NCBI GenBank assembly: GCA_048938385.1
Contig: JBHLMG010000011.1
Span: 11,975-75,974, forward strand
Length of the DNA: 64,000 nucleotides
Direction of reading: 5' to 3'
Source of the DNA: Promethearchaeota archaeon
GTDB lineage: Archaea; Asgardarchaeota; Hermodarchaeia; Hermodarchaeales; Hermodarchaeaceae
The stretch's first letter is position 1, and each line of letters begins with the position of its first letter. Below are positions 29,570 to 38,804 of the stretch, piece after piece. The position numbers and the translations under genes were made by a program. Under the pieces are notes generated by a model that saw nothing but the letters and a program-made list of their open reading frames with translations, was not told where the DNA came from and made no database searches.

Positions 29570-30238
29570 GTGATGCAATTGACTGTCACAATCAAATGGT
29601 TAGATCATGCAGGTTTCCAAATACGATCAGAATCTAAGGTCATCTACATAGATCTGGCGGAAGAAGCCACTCCTCTTGAAAAGGCTGATATCATCCTCAT
29701 CACACATTCGCATGGCGATCACTGCGATTCAAAACTAATCCAGAAAGCACGAACTGATAAGACTGTAGTCATCGCCCCAGCGGATTGTCAAACGCAAATA
29801 AGCGGGACAGTCTTGTCCTTAAAACCTGGCGAAGAGAAGATTGTAAACGAGGTAAAGATTCATGCCGTTCATGCCTATAACGAAACACGCTTCCGCTCTC
29901 CTGGCAATCCATTCCATCCCAAGGGTTTCGGAGTAGGTTACATCATCAACCTTGAAGGAAAAACTATCTACCATTCAGGTGACACCGACTTTATCTCAGA
30001 GATGAAAACCCTCGGTCCTATCGATGTGGCCATGTTACCTATTGGTGGAAAATACACCATGGAAGTTAGCGACGGAGCGGACGCCGCATTCGCCATTAAA
30101 GCTAAGTATGTCATCCCACATCACCATTGGGCTGGCCGATTTGGTCAAACTCCAGAAGCCTTCAAGCAAAAGGTGGAAGCAAGCTCTGACATTCAAGTTA
30201 TCGTCTTAAAAGCAAATGAAGAATTCCAACTCACCTAA
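29570..30238 (+). CDS. MBL-fold metallo-hydrolase
   Basis: THSHGDH, YHSGDT, LPIGGKYTM and IPHH motifs. Confidence 0.9.
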   Translation: MMQLTVTIKWLDHAGFQIRSESKVIYIDLAEEATPLEKADIILITHSHGDHCDSKLIQKARTDKTVVIAPADCQTQISGTVLSLKPGEEKIVNEVKIHAVHAYNETRFRSPGNPFHPKGFGVGYIINLEGKTIYHSGDTDFISEMKTLGPIDVAMLPIGGKYTMEVSDGADAAFAIKAKYVIPHHHWAGRFGQTPEAFKQKVEASSDIQVIVLKANEEFQLT

Positions 30239-30302
30239 TTCGGATACTGTATGGTCAAAAGCTACACGATTCCAGCAGAGAGCAATGGATTGAGGTTGAA
30301 CC

Positions 30303-31079
30303 ATGTCTTTGACGATCCGGCGTTTGTTCCGACCATCCGAGGACATTGAAGAGTATCTACGCCAAGACATTCCGTTAAACGGGTTACCCCTCTACGATCT
30401 TTTTTTGGGATGGAGATACTGTGATTGGTACATCGCCTGGGATCTTAATGAGATACGCGGGTGTTTAATTGTCTATAGGGGTGGACGGGGAATACCCACC
30501 CTCTTAACTCGGGGGACGCCTGAATCCGTTGAGCAACTAGCTGCACACATTACCTACGAGGTGTTATTTGCCATTGTTCCTGAATATCACTTGCCCTTCA
30601 TTGAGAGAAGCTATGAGGTTCAATCTCTTGGTGATCTCTTCCTTATGGTCTTGGACCGAAATCGATATCATCCGCCTGACACGCTTCCAACAGAGCAGTT
30701 AACTACTGCACACCTTGAGGAAGTGGAACAATTCTATGCCCAGGTGCCTGCAGGTGCGTATAATCCACGACAACTAGAATTTGGGCCGTTTTATGGTGTT
30801 AGAGTCAAGAAAAAGCTTGTTTCGGTTTGTGGTACGATTGCTTATTATCCCCGAAGCCCTGGTATAGGAGTTATTGGAAATCTTGTCACGCTTCCTAAGT
30901 TTCAGCACCGTGGATATGGAACAAGCGTGGTATGCGCTGTTATCCAGGATCTCTTTGAAGTGTGCCAGTATGTTTCGCTACTTGTGGAGACGACAAACGA
31001 GGAGGCAATCGACATCTACCAACGCTTAGGCTTCACTGAATATGCGACTTTTAGCATGGGATACTGTCAACGGGAGTAG
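30303..31079 (+). CDS. GNAT acetyltransferase (FR47-like)
   Basis: GNLVT.PKFQHRGYG and N..AIDIYQRLGF motifs. Confidence 0.85.
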   Translation: MSLTIRRLFRPSEDIEEYLRQDIPLNGLPLYDLFLGWRYCDWYIAWDLNEIRGCLIVYRGGRGIPTLLTRGTPESVEQLAAHITYEVLFAIVPEYHLPFIERSYEVQSLGDLFLMVLDRNRYHPPDTLPTEQLTTAHLEEVEQFYAQVPAGAYNPRQLEFGPFYGVRVKKKLVSVCGTIAYYPRSPGIGVIGNLVTLPKFQHRGYGTSVVCAVIQDLFEVCQYVSLLVETTNEEAIDIYQRLGFTEYATFSMGYCQRE

Positions 31080-31337
31080 GGGATTAAAACAGAAAAATAT
31101 TTAACGGGGAGACTGTTACCTCGGTTTAAGGCGATCTCGGATGATGGTGATTTTTCGGGATAGATAGGCCTTTCTGCCATGTGGATAGTGAGATTGGCGG
31201 ATTTGTATTGGTGTTGTCTAATGTATTTGATTACAACAGGACAAAAGGAAGAGGTTTGCCAGGTCTGGGCATGATTGGGGCAGTTTGATTTATATTAATT
31301 AATCATTGAATAGTTCAGATAAGCTTTTATAGTAAAG

Positions 31338-32453
31338 GTGGCAAGCCCATATCAAACTATCGGAGGCTTAGCCTTGCCACCAGAAATTGAACCCGTTGCA
31401 GCAATCGAAAACGCAGTGAAGATCTTCACTAAACCTTTAGTGAAACCACGCAAAGGTATTGCACGACGGTTCGCAGGCTTCCTAAAACGCGAGCAACGCA
31501 TTGTCCGTGCCTTAGATGGCGTCAGCTTCCAGATTCACCCCGGAGAATGTGTGGCCCTTCTAGGTCCCAACGGTGCTGGGAAATCAACCACCGTTAAGCT
31601 ACTTAGTGGAATCCTTCATCCTACAGCAGGTAAGGTTAGCCTTTTCGGAATGAATCCATACCATAACCGAATCGCTTGTGCAATGCGATACGGTGTAGTT
31701 TTTGGTCAGCGAAGCCTCTTATGGACGCATGTTCCAGTTCTAGAAAGTTTCAAGCTCTATCAGAAAATGTACAATATCCCCAAATCAGTTTTCGAAGATC
31801 GTCTAGAAGAATTCTCAGAAATCCTCGATGTCAAACAGCATCTCCCCACAGCTCCACGACGATTATCATTAGGCGAACGAATGCGCTGCGAAGTAGCCGC
31901 AGCATTACTCCATCGCCCTGAAGTTATATTCTTAGATGAACCTACCGTCGGACTTGATGTCGTGGCTAAAAAGCGAATCCGTGACTTCATCCGTCGTATA
32001 AATCAAGAAGAAAACATTACAGTCCTGCTGTGTAGTCATAGTATGAGAGATGTCGAAGAACTCACTGATCGAATCATCCTTATCTCTCATGGAAAGATCA
32101 AATACAATGGTCCCAAACACGAACTTAAAGCACGCTGGAGTAACGAACGTAATATTCGAGTCGTCTATAAAAAAACAGAAGAAATTAATTGGAACAATTA
32201 CTTTGGCGACTTGTTAGGGGTCCTAAGATACGAATCAACGAATGGAGAACTTCGCGTCCGCTATAACCAAGAGGTTATCAATGCGTCCGATGTGCTCAAA
32301 ATCATTTTAGATCTGGTGAAGATACGCGACATCGAAGTGACAGAACCAAATCTCGAAGATATCATCCGTGAAATCTTCGGTGAAGAAGAACGCAACAACC
32401 AACGACTCAATTCGACAACACTCACTAACATACCATACCTGGAGGTCATGTGA
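31338..32453 (+). CDS. ABC-2 exporter ATP-binding subunit
   Basis: GPNGAGKST, LSLGERMR and FLDEPTVGLD motifs. Confidence 0.93.
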   Translation: MASPYQTIGGLALPPEIEPVAAIENAVKIFTKPLVKPRKGIARRFAGFLKREQRIVRALDGVSFQIHPGECVALLGPNGAGKSTTVKLLSGILHPTAGKVSLFGMNPYHNRIACAMRYGVVFGQRSLLWTHVPVLESFKLYQKMYNIPKSVFEDRLEEFSEILDVKQHLPTAPRRLSLGERMRCEVAAALLHRPEVIFLDEPTVGLDVVAKKRIRDFIRRINQEENITVLLCSHSMRDVEELTDRIILISHGKIKYNGPKHELKARWSNERNIRVVYKKTEEINWNNYFGDLLGVLRYESTNGELRVRYNQEVINASDVLKIILDLVKIRDIEVTEPNLEDIIREIFGEEERNNQRLNSTTLTNIPYLEVM

Positions 32454-33284
32454 ATGACACGAAAAGACATCTTACGCCAACTACGCATTATTCCAAGCTA
32501 CCTTCGCCTATCCCTACTCAGGCTAGGTGAAAATAAAATCCAACTATGGGGCGCCTTCATCACTAGCGCTGTCGGTTTTGCATTCTACGCCATATTCTGG
32601 AATGTTGTTACACTCCAAGTTCCAATCCTAACAGGTGTAGGATGGGTTGTCTGGGGAGCTGGAGAACTCACCTTCCTCGTTGGCATGACAAACCTAGCTT
32701 GGAGCTTTGGCGCGTTCTTCTGGATGGGGATCTGGGAAATTCACTGGTATATCACAGAAATCGGCATTGAAGAATACCAAATCCGTCCAGTCAGCTCTAT
32801 CCTGCAAATTATTGCGCAAAACTTCTGGGCCGGAGGCATCGTCCAACTTAGTGTGGGGATTGTAATGCTGGTTATATCAACGGTCTCTTTTGGGTTAGTA
32901 ATCACACCAATTGGAATTCTCCTCGGAATACTAGCTCTCCTGTTTGGACAAGCAGCCCTCTATATTCTCTGGGCAACACTGGCCTGTCTAGCTTTCTGGA
33001 TTGGTCGAAACGCAGGACTCTTAGAGATCTCAGATGCCATCGAAATGAATTTCGGGCAAATGCCCATCGATGTCATGCCTCATATCGTCCAACACTTTCT
33101 AACTTTCATTCTCCCTGTCATCTTCATATCCACAGTTCCTACCATGATAATGCTTGGGCAACTACCCCTGAACCTGATCTTACTCTATCTCGGAATCGCA
33201 GGGCTCTTGATTCTCATTTGGATTCTCGCATTCAATATCACCTGGAATGCTGGACTGAAACGCTACCAACCAGTAGGGGGTTAG
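32454..33284 (+). CDS. ABC-2 permease (DUF990-type)
   Basis: About 6 TM helices, coupled to the ATPase gene, ends in GLKRYQ..GG. Confidence 0.85.
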   Translation: MTRKDILRQLRIIPSYLRLSLLRLGENKIQLWGAFITSAVGFAFYAIFWNVVTLQVPILTGVGWVVWGAGELTFLVGMTNLAWSFGAFFWMGIWEIHWYITEIGIEEYQIRPVSSILQIIAQNFWAGGIVQLSVGIVMLVISTVSFGLVITPIGILLGILALLFGQAALYILWATLACLAFWIGRNAGLLEISDAIEMNFGQMPIDVMPHIVQHFLTFILPVIFISTVPTMIMLGQLPLNLILLYLGIAGLLILIWILAFNITWNAGLKRYQPVGG

Positions 33285-33290
33285 AAAAAA

Positions 33291-34115
33291 ATGAGCAAAA
33301 AGGTCAAATTCAGCAGCTATCTAGCAGTTTCGAAGATTTCCTTCCGCAATGTCAAAAAGTATACGGTTGATTTCCTCACAAGCTTTGCTTACTTTCCTGC
33401 ACAAATCATCGCCTTATACTTTGTCTACTCTATTGTATATGCTCAAACCTTCTTAATCGATGGAGCCACTGTTATAGGAGGATTCACTTTTGCTCAGCTC
33501 ATTAACTATCTTTTCATCGCCATCATCATGCAACGCGCTCTTCCTCGCTGGAGACTCAGCACTGAAATCGAAAAAGACATCGATCGGGGGCCCCTTGTGT
33601 CTTATCTCGCTCGACCAATTGATTATGCTGGATTCAAGCTCTTTGGTGAATTCCCTCGTTCTTTCCTTTATCTCCTGTTTGGTTTGATCACTTACTTAAT
33701 CACTCTGTTATTCATTCCACTACCAGTTCCAGCTTTAGTGAATCTCTTGCTCTTCGTTCCCTTTTTCCTTGTCGCATATATTCTTGCCTTCCTACTCGTT
33801 TTTGCTACATCTCTTGCTGCTTTCAAAATGAGTCAGATTTGGTGGATTCGAAATCTCCTTGGTCTCACAATGACGATTGCGGGAGGAGGATTGATTCCCA
33901 TGAGCTTCTTCCCTCCACTCTTACAAGGCATCCTCCTCTTCCTTCCCTTTCAATACTGCTATTATACCCCTGCCATTATTTTACAGGGTTACTACACTGT
34001 GGAAGGCCTTATTGTCATCGCCCTGATCAGCGTAGGCTGGCTTGTTATCCTATGGTTATTAACTCGCGGTCTTTGGAACCTGGGACGCCGTGGGTACTCA
34101 GGTGCCGGGGGCTAG
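33291..34115 (+). CDS. ABC-2 permease (DUF990-type)
   Basis: About 6 TM helices; YLARP and GGLIP..FFP motifs; ends in GG. Confidence 0.85.
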   Translation: MSKKVKFSSYLAVSKISFRNVKKYTVDFLTSFAYFPAQIIALYFVYSIVYAQTFLIDGATVIGGFTFAQLINYLFIAIIMQRALPRWRLSTEIEKDIDRGPLVSYLARPIDYAGFKLFGEFPRSFLYLLFGLITYLITLLFIPLPVPALVNLLLFVPFFLVAYILAFLLVFATSLAAFKMSQIWWIRNLLGLTMTIAGGGLIPMSFFPPLLQGILLFLPFQYCYYTPAIILQGYYTVEGLIVIALISVGWLVILWLLTRGLWNLGRRGYSGAGG

Positions 34116-34317
34116 CTTTTTGCTTACATCCTGATCAATCAAGAATTTACTTCAGGAGCATTGAGAATACGCTAGTCAACAAGCCTGTGGATGGGGTTGC
34201 ACCTAAAATCCTACTATTGAAGGCCCCCTCTTCGTAAACAAAAACACGGTAATCACTGTTTTGATCACCATTGATGTTAAATTAAATAACTTACTTGTAT
34301 AATCCTTAGGACTCGAT

Positions 34318-35097
34318 ATGCCATTCCACATTTTTGATCTCACTGATAACCGTCAACTCTACTTCAAAGTACAAGGAGAGAAAGGTCCACGGCTCATTTT
34401 GATCCATAGTTCTTTGAGTAGCCATATCGAATGGAAGTATCAAGGTCCGATAGCTGATCACGCTGTGTTGACCTTCTTAGACTTACCAGGACATGGGGAG
34501 TCAGATCCTTTACCCGTTCCTGTCACAATTGTAGATTTTGTGGCAGTATTGTCACTTTTTCTTCGAAGTAACAATCTCGTCCCTGCGATTATCGTTGGTC
34601 ATTCAATCGGGGGAGCTATCGCTCTGCAACTCGCCTTGGACTATCATCAACTCGTAAACGGTTTAATCCTTATAGGCACAGGAGCTAAACTAGGAGTGTT
34701 TCCTGCCATCTTAGAAGGCTTGAAGACCCATTATGAAAAAGCTATTGAACTTACCTTAGGGCAATTAATGTTTGGAAAGAATGCTGACCCCAATCTTGTT
34801 AAACATGCTAAGGAGGAAGCACTCAGATGCCCTAAGTCGGTAGGGCTTGCTGATTTTCTAGCCTGTAATACCTTCGATGTCCGCACACGATTACACGAAA
34901 TCAAGGTGCCTACTCTGATCATCGTGGGTGATGAAGATAAACTCACACCTCCCAAATGGTCCCATTACCTGAAGGATCAAATCTCCGGTTCTCGGCTTGA
35001 GGTCATCCCTGGTAGTGGCCATTTCGTGATGCAAGAACAACCAGAAGCCGTGAATCATGCAATTCTAATGTTCCTAAATGCTCATGAATGGGTATAA
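34318..35097 (+). CDS. Alpha/beta hydrolase
   Basis: DLPGHGES, GHSIGG, GDED and GHF motifs. Confidence 0.92.
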   Translation: MPFHIFDLTDNRQLYFKVQGEKGPRLILIHSSLSSHIEWKYQGPIADHAVLTFLDLPGHGESDPLPVPVTIVDFVAVLSLFLRSNNLVPAIIVGHSIGGAIALQLALDYHQLVNGLILIGTGAKLGVFPAILEGLKTHYEKAIELTLGQLMFGKNADPNLVKHAKEEALRCPKSVGLADFLACNTFDVRTRLHEIKVPTLIIVGDEDKLTPPKWSHYLKDQISGSRLEVIPGSGHFVMQEQPEAVNHAILMFLNAHEWV

Positions 35098-35170
35098 AAA
35101 GCATCTTGATGCTGCCGCATTGGGAACCCATATAATATAGGGCAAAGAACCTAATGTGCTTCTCTTCTTC

Positions 35171-35259
35171 GGGCGGAGACGCCGAGAAGCTGGAAGGATG
35201 GTCGCATTGGCGGGACCACATGCCACCCAAAATCATGGTATTTCTTCTGGTCTCCGCCC
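35171..35259 (+). ncRNA. Candidate structured ncRNA (three-way junction closed by a 10-bp GC stem)
   Basis: GGGCGGAGAC/GTCTCCGCCC terminal repeat, internal stems, an upstream TATAATATA and a downstream pyrimidine tract. Confidence 0.45.
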
Positions 35260-35374
35260 TCCTTTTCTCTAACTAGATGTAGTATCTTTCTCCCCATATT
35301 ACTCGAAGTAGAATATTGAATTAGTATGAGTATGGTAATTAGGGTGTTACCCCTCATCAGGACGGTGGTTAATT

Positions 35375-36199
35375 CTGCCTGAGCTTCCCGACATCATACT
35401 CCTTACTAGAAGTCTAAACGATGGTTTAGCCGGGCGAACTATTCACTCTACGAAAGTGAATCAACCAAAAGTGTTGAATCGCTCACCAACATCATTTAAG
35501 CGAAAAGTAGAAGGGCGTCAATTCATTGGTTTCTGTTACTCCGGTAAGTGGATTGCTGGGAATTTGGACAATCATTGGACTATCGCATTGAATTTAGGCA
35601 TGGGTGGTGAAGTACGGCTACACTGGCCAGTAGAGGTTCCTGATCCAACCCGGGAACGGGTTATTTTTGTATTCAACGATGCCGCACAGCTTTGGCTACA
35701 TTTTTGGTGGTTTGGTCATGTGCATCTCATACCACCAGGGAAATTGGAAGAACATCCGCAATTAAGCACCATGGGGGTAAACCCCCTTTCAAGCGAATTC
35801 ACTACGGATCGACTTCTTGAATTATTAGCGAATAAACGCGGACGAATCAAAAGCTACTTACTCGATCAACGATTCATTGCCGGAATTGGTAATGTCTATG
35901 TACAGGACATTCTTTGGCATGCCAAACTTCATCCAATGCGAAACGCAAATACTCTCAGTGAGACAGATATTCACAAATTACATAAAGCAATCCAACATGT
36001 CCTCCATGAGGGAATTCGGTTTGGGCCTGGACCAGGGGAGCAAGATCTTTGGGGAAATCGAGGACAATGGGGCAAACTTCCTGGATGGCCAAAGATCGCT
36101 TATAAAACGGGAAAACCCTGCCCTACCTGCAACGCATTAATCGAAGAATTACGAGTAGGAAGCACAACTAGTTACCTGTGTCCGAAATGTCAAATCTAA
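35375..36199 (+). CDS. Fpg/Nei-family DNA glycosylase/AP lyase (CTG start)
   Basis: Extending the ORF in frame gives (M)PELPDII. H2TH motif LLDQRFIAGIGNVY and zinc finger CPTC..CPKCQ are present. Confidence 0.88.
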   Translation: MPELPDIILLTRSLNDGLAGRTIHSTKVNQPKVLNRSPTSFKRKVEGRQFIGFCYSGKWIAGNLDNHWTIALNLGMGGEVRLHWPVEVPDPTRERVIFVFNDAAQLWLHFWWFGHVHLIPPGKLEEHPQLSTMGVNPLSSEFTTDRLLELLANKRGRIKSYLLDQRFIAGIGNVYVQDILWHAKLHPMRNANTLSETDIHKLHKAIQHVLHEGIRFGPGPGEQDLWGNRGQWGKLPGWPKIAYKTGKPCPTCNALIEELRVGSTTSYLCPKCQI

Positions 36200-36282
36200 A
36201 GATTTAACATTGGTTAAAAAAACCGGAACGGGAAGTACTCTTATCCTCATCCTCCATGTAAGCGTTCTGAAATGGTGATTCA

Positions 36283-36735
36283 ATGAATAAGCGAGCAATC
36301 CAAGATCAATGGCCTGAACCTGATTCAATGTGTTATGGTTGTGGACGCAATAACGAACAAGGATTGCAGCTTAAAAGTTACTGGGCAGGTAATGAGACTG
36401 TCGCAACCTGGCAAGCAAAACCCTACCATCTTGCCTTTCCTGGTGCGCTCTGTGGTGGAGTTATTGCCACGCTAATTGATTGCCATGCAACGAATACAGC
36501 TAACGCTGCAGCCTACAAAGCTGAGGGTGATGAAATCGGCTCTAAACCCTTGAAAGGATATGTCACAGGCTCGCTCTCTGTGAAGTATCTGCGTCCTACA
36601 CCAGTAGATCAGCCTGTCACCTTACGAGCGCGTGTTAAAGAAATTAAAGGTCGAAAAATCACAGTGACTTGTTCTTTATATTCCAATGAAATCGAATGTG
36701 CAACTGGCGAAGTAGTAGCTATCCAGGTGCAATAG
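36283..36735 (+). CDS. PaaI-family (hot-dog) thioesterase
   Basis: CYGCG..N..GL, GGVIATLID and L.VKYLRPTP motifs. Confidence 0.88.
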   Translation: MNKRAIQDQWPEPDSMCYGCGRNNEQGLQLKSYWAGNETVATWQAKPYHLAFPGALCGGVIATLIDCHATNTANAAAYKAEGDEIGSKPLKGYVTGSLSVKYLRPTPVDQPVTLRARVKEIKGRKITVTCSLYSNEIECATGEVVAIQVQ

Positions 36736-36825
36736 AAATCCTACGATCTGAGATAAGATAGACACAAAAGTAGGCTATATGTGAAAGATGAAAGATAAGA
36801 TCACCTCAAGGTTGGTGATGGGTCA

Positions 36826-37587
36826 TTGAAGAAACGGATTCAACCTCATATCCGCTTGGGCGAAGGAGATGTCGCTGATATCGTTTTTATTGCAGGCAAC
36901 CCGGACCGTGTTCCAAAGATTGCGGCGAAAATGAATGAGCCCACTGAGATCGGAAATTATCGAGGGCTGGTCTCTTATCAGGCCTTCACTCCTAAAGGGG
37001 TAGAAGTCACTATTGCCACTTCGGGAATGGGTACTCCATCAACGCACATTGTTGTGGAGGAACTCGCCAAACTTGGTGCGAAAGTGTTTATCCGTATCGG
37101 AACCTGTGGTGGTGTCAATCCAATTATCAAAACAGGTGATGTCATAGTAGCAACTGGAGCTGTTCGGGATGAATTGACTAGCTCAAATTATGCTCCTTTG
37201 GAATATCCCGCTTTAGCAACTCCAGAGCTCTATTTAGCGCTACTTAACGCTATCCAAGACCTCTTGCCTCCGGAACGAGTACATGTTGGGATTGTGTGGT
37301 CTACCGACATCTACTATGATCAGCGTGAAGAAGATATTCTCAGACGGTGGACTCGCGCTCAAGTTCAGAGCGTCGAAATGGAATCTTCCCTTCTATTCGT
37401 GTTCGCCCAGACTCGTGGTCTACAGGCTGGATCAATTTTAGCCTGTGATGGAAATCTGCATGGAAATCAAAAAAGTGAGCAAGCTGACGAAATGGAACTG
37501 TCTGGAGAGCAGAATCCTCTTTTAGTGGAGGCTGTACAAAAAGAAATTGAAGCAGCCATCAAGGCTGTCGACATATTGTATGTGTAA
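36826..37587 (+). CDS. udp: Nucleoside (uridine-type) phosphorylase
   Basis: GNPDRV, SGMG.PS..I..EEL, IRIGTCG and VEMES motifs. Confidence 0.85.
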   Translation: MKKRIQPHIRLGEGDVADIVFIAGNPDRVPKIAAKMNEPTEIGNYRGLVSYQAFTPKGVEVTIATSGMGTPSTHIVVEELAKLGAKVFIRIGTCGGVNPIIKTGDVIVATGAVRDELTSSNYAPLEYPALATPELYLALLNAIQDLLPPERVHVGIVWSTDIYYDQREEDILRRWTRAQVQSVEMESSLLFVFAQTRGLQAGSILACDGNLHGNQKSEQADEMELSGEQNPLLVEAVQKEIEAAIKAVDILYV

Positions 37588-37762
37588 AAGTGTTTTAGAG
37601 CAGTTCATGAATGGATAGGAATAAGAGATTAATCAATGAAGGTTATACATTGTTAAGGAAAGATATCCTTATCATAGGAGCGTCTCTCGTACGCACCCTC
37701 TCCGGTAGTTTCATTAGCTATTACAGTAACTGCACGCCATTCAAACCTAGGTGGACTAATCC

Positions 37763-37969
37763 ATGAGTTGCATAATTCGTGGTCATGATTATGTGTCTCT
37801 AACAGCACGCCTTAAAGATGACCCTGAAGGTCCCATTGAGGGAGTCATGAATGTCTGCCGTCGTTGCGGACACCAAAAACCTCTACAAGGGCTGCTCAGG
37901 AAAGGTGCGAAGCTCTTCAACGAAAAAGGGCAATGGTTAGTCACCGTTGAAAAAGCTGTCGTGATATAG
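37763..37969 (+). CDS. Small putative Zn-binding protein
   Basis: C-x3-GH...C-R-R-C-G pattern; a GGTGG SD-like element lies upstream. Confidence 0.55.
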   Translation: MSCIIRGHDYVSLTARLKDDPEGPIEGVMNVCRRCGHQKPLQGLLRKGAKLFNEKGQWLVTVEKAVVI

Positions 37970-38171
37970 GTATTTAATATATAGGGGGAGAGCAAGTCAA
38001 CTAGGTTGATCAATATCCACCCCGCCATAGGTCCATTTTTCACCTCTTACGGGCTGTGGTATGTTTCACATCAAAGGAACTACCACTCCTAATCAAGCAT
38101 TGGAAGTCGTAAAGATTTATGTAGTCACAAATTATGAAAACCTCACACCAAACTATCTCGATGTGAACTAA

Positions 38172-38348
38172 ATGGGTATTCATTGTCACGATATGAAGAA
38201 AGGCCAAATTTTCATGTGTAAGGACTGTGGACTCGAACTCCAGGTTATTACCGAATGCACTGAATGCGAAACAGAAGAGGGTACCTGTGGATGCGAGGCT
38301 CCCTGCACCTTCGAATGCTGTGGAGAAGCCCTTCAACTGAAAAAGTAA
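38172..38348 (+). CDS. 58-aa Cys-rich desulforedoxin-like protein (not in the ORF track)
   Basis: Manual translation: MGIHCHDMKKGQIFMCKDCGLELQVITECTECETEEGTCGCEAPCTFECCGEALQLKK. Confidence 0.8.
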   Translation: MGIHCHDMKKGQIFMCKDCGLELQVITECTECETEEGTCGCEAPCTFECCGEALQLKK

Positions 38349-38369
38349 CCTAACCTTTAAGGGTTGGTT

Positions 38370-38717
38370 CTAGGGTTGGATGTAGGACCAACCCCTCGAT
38401 TGTTTTCGTACCAGCTCACCTACACCTGATACTGCAAATGTTAAGGCTTTAATAGAAGCCGTCTCATCCAATTGGAAATACTCCAAGGAATTCCAGTAAA
38501 TTACTACCCAAACCCCCAGCTTAAGAAGACTTTCAACTTGATCTTTGATTGGCGATGAAGCTTGGAGAAACAATTTGACTCCAGAACTATTTACTACGAG
38601 TTTTATTTCCACATCTTCACCTGGGTCATCAAGAAGGTTCTTGATGTCGCTCATTAAGAGTTTATCTCGGAAGGTATTTCCCTCTTCGAGGTGAAACAAG
38701 ACATCATGAGATGCCAT
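38370..38717 (-). CDS. DsrE-family protein lacking the usual Cys
   Basis: VLFHL, NLL, LVVNSSGV and SGVGELVRKQ..GWSYIQP motifs. YWNSL stands in place of ACxNS. Confidence 0.75.
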   Translation of the reverse strand: MASHDVLFHLEEGNTFRDKLLMSDIKNLLDDPGEDVEIKLVVNSSGVKLFLQASSPIKDQVESLLKLGVWVVIYWNSLEYFQLDETASIKALTFAVSGVGELVRKQSRGWSYIQP

Positions 38718-38804
38718 AAGTTGTCACCCGGGCATACTCAGTAACTAGAAGATTTTAGCTATTCGTATCAAAACACCTAATTACAACAACTCTCAAACCT
38801 TCAG

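Noticed and set aside
31141-31274. Leader peptides or attenuator (MMVIFRDR and a 31-aa uORF) before the ABC-2 exporter
   Set aside because: Only short hairpins are present, with no clear alternative structures. An AT-rich promoter-like stretch lies downstream of them.
35171-35259. HDV-like ribozyme, SECIS, SRP or tRNA identity for the structured element
   Set aside because: The minus-strand GGGUGGCAUGUGGUCCC resembles an HDV 5' end but lacks P1.1, L3 and the P2 partner. There is no adjacent Sec gene, no T-loop or anticodon arm, and no SRP helix 8 pairing.
38040-38336. 98-aa minus-strand ORF
   Set aside because: It is the antisense shadow of the more convincing 58-aa Cys-rich plus-strand gene.
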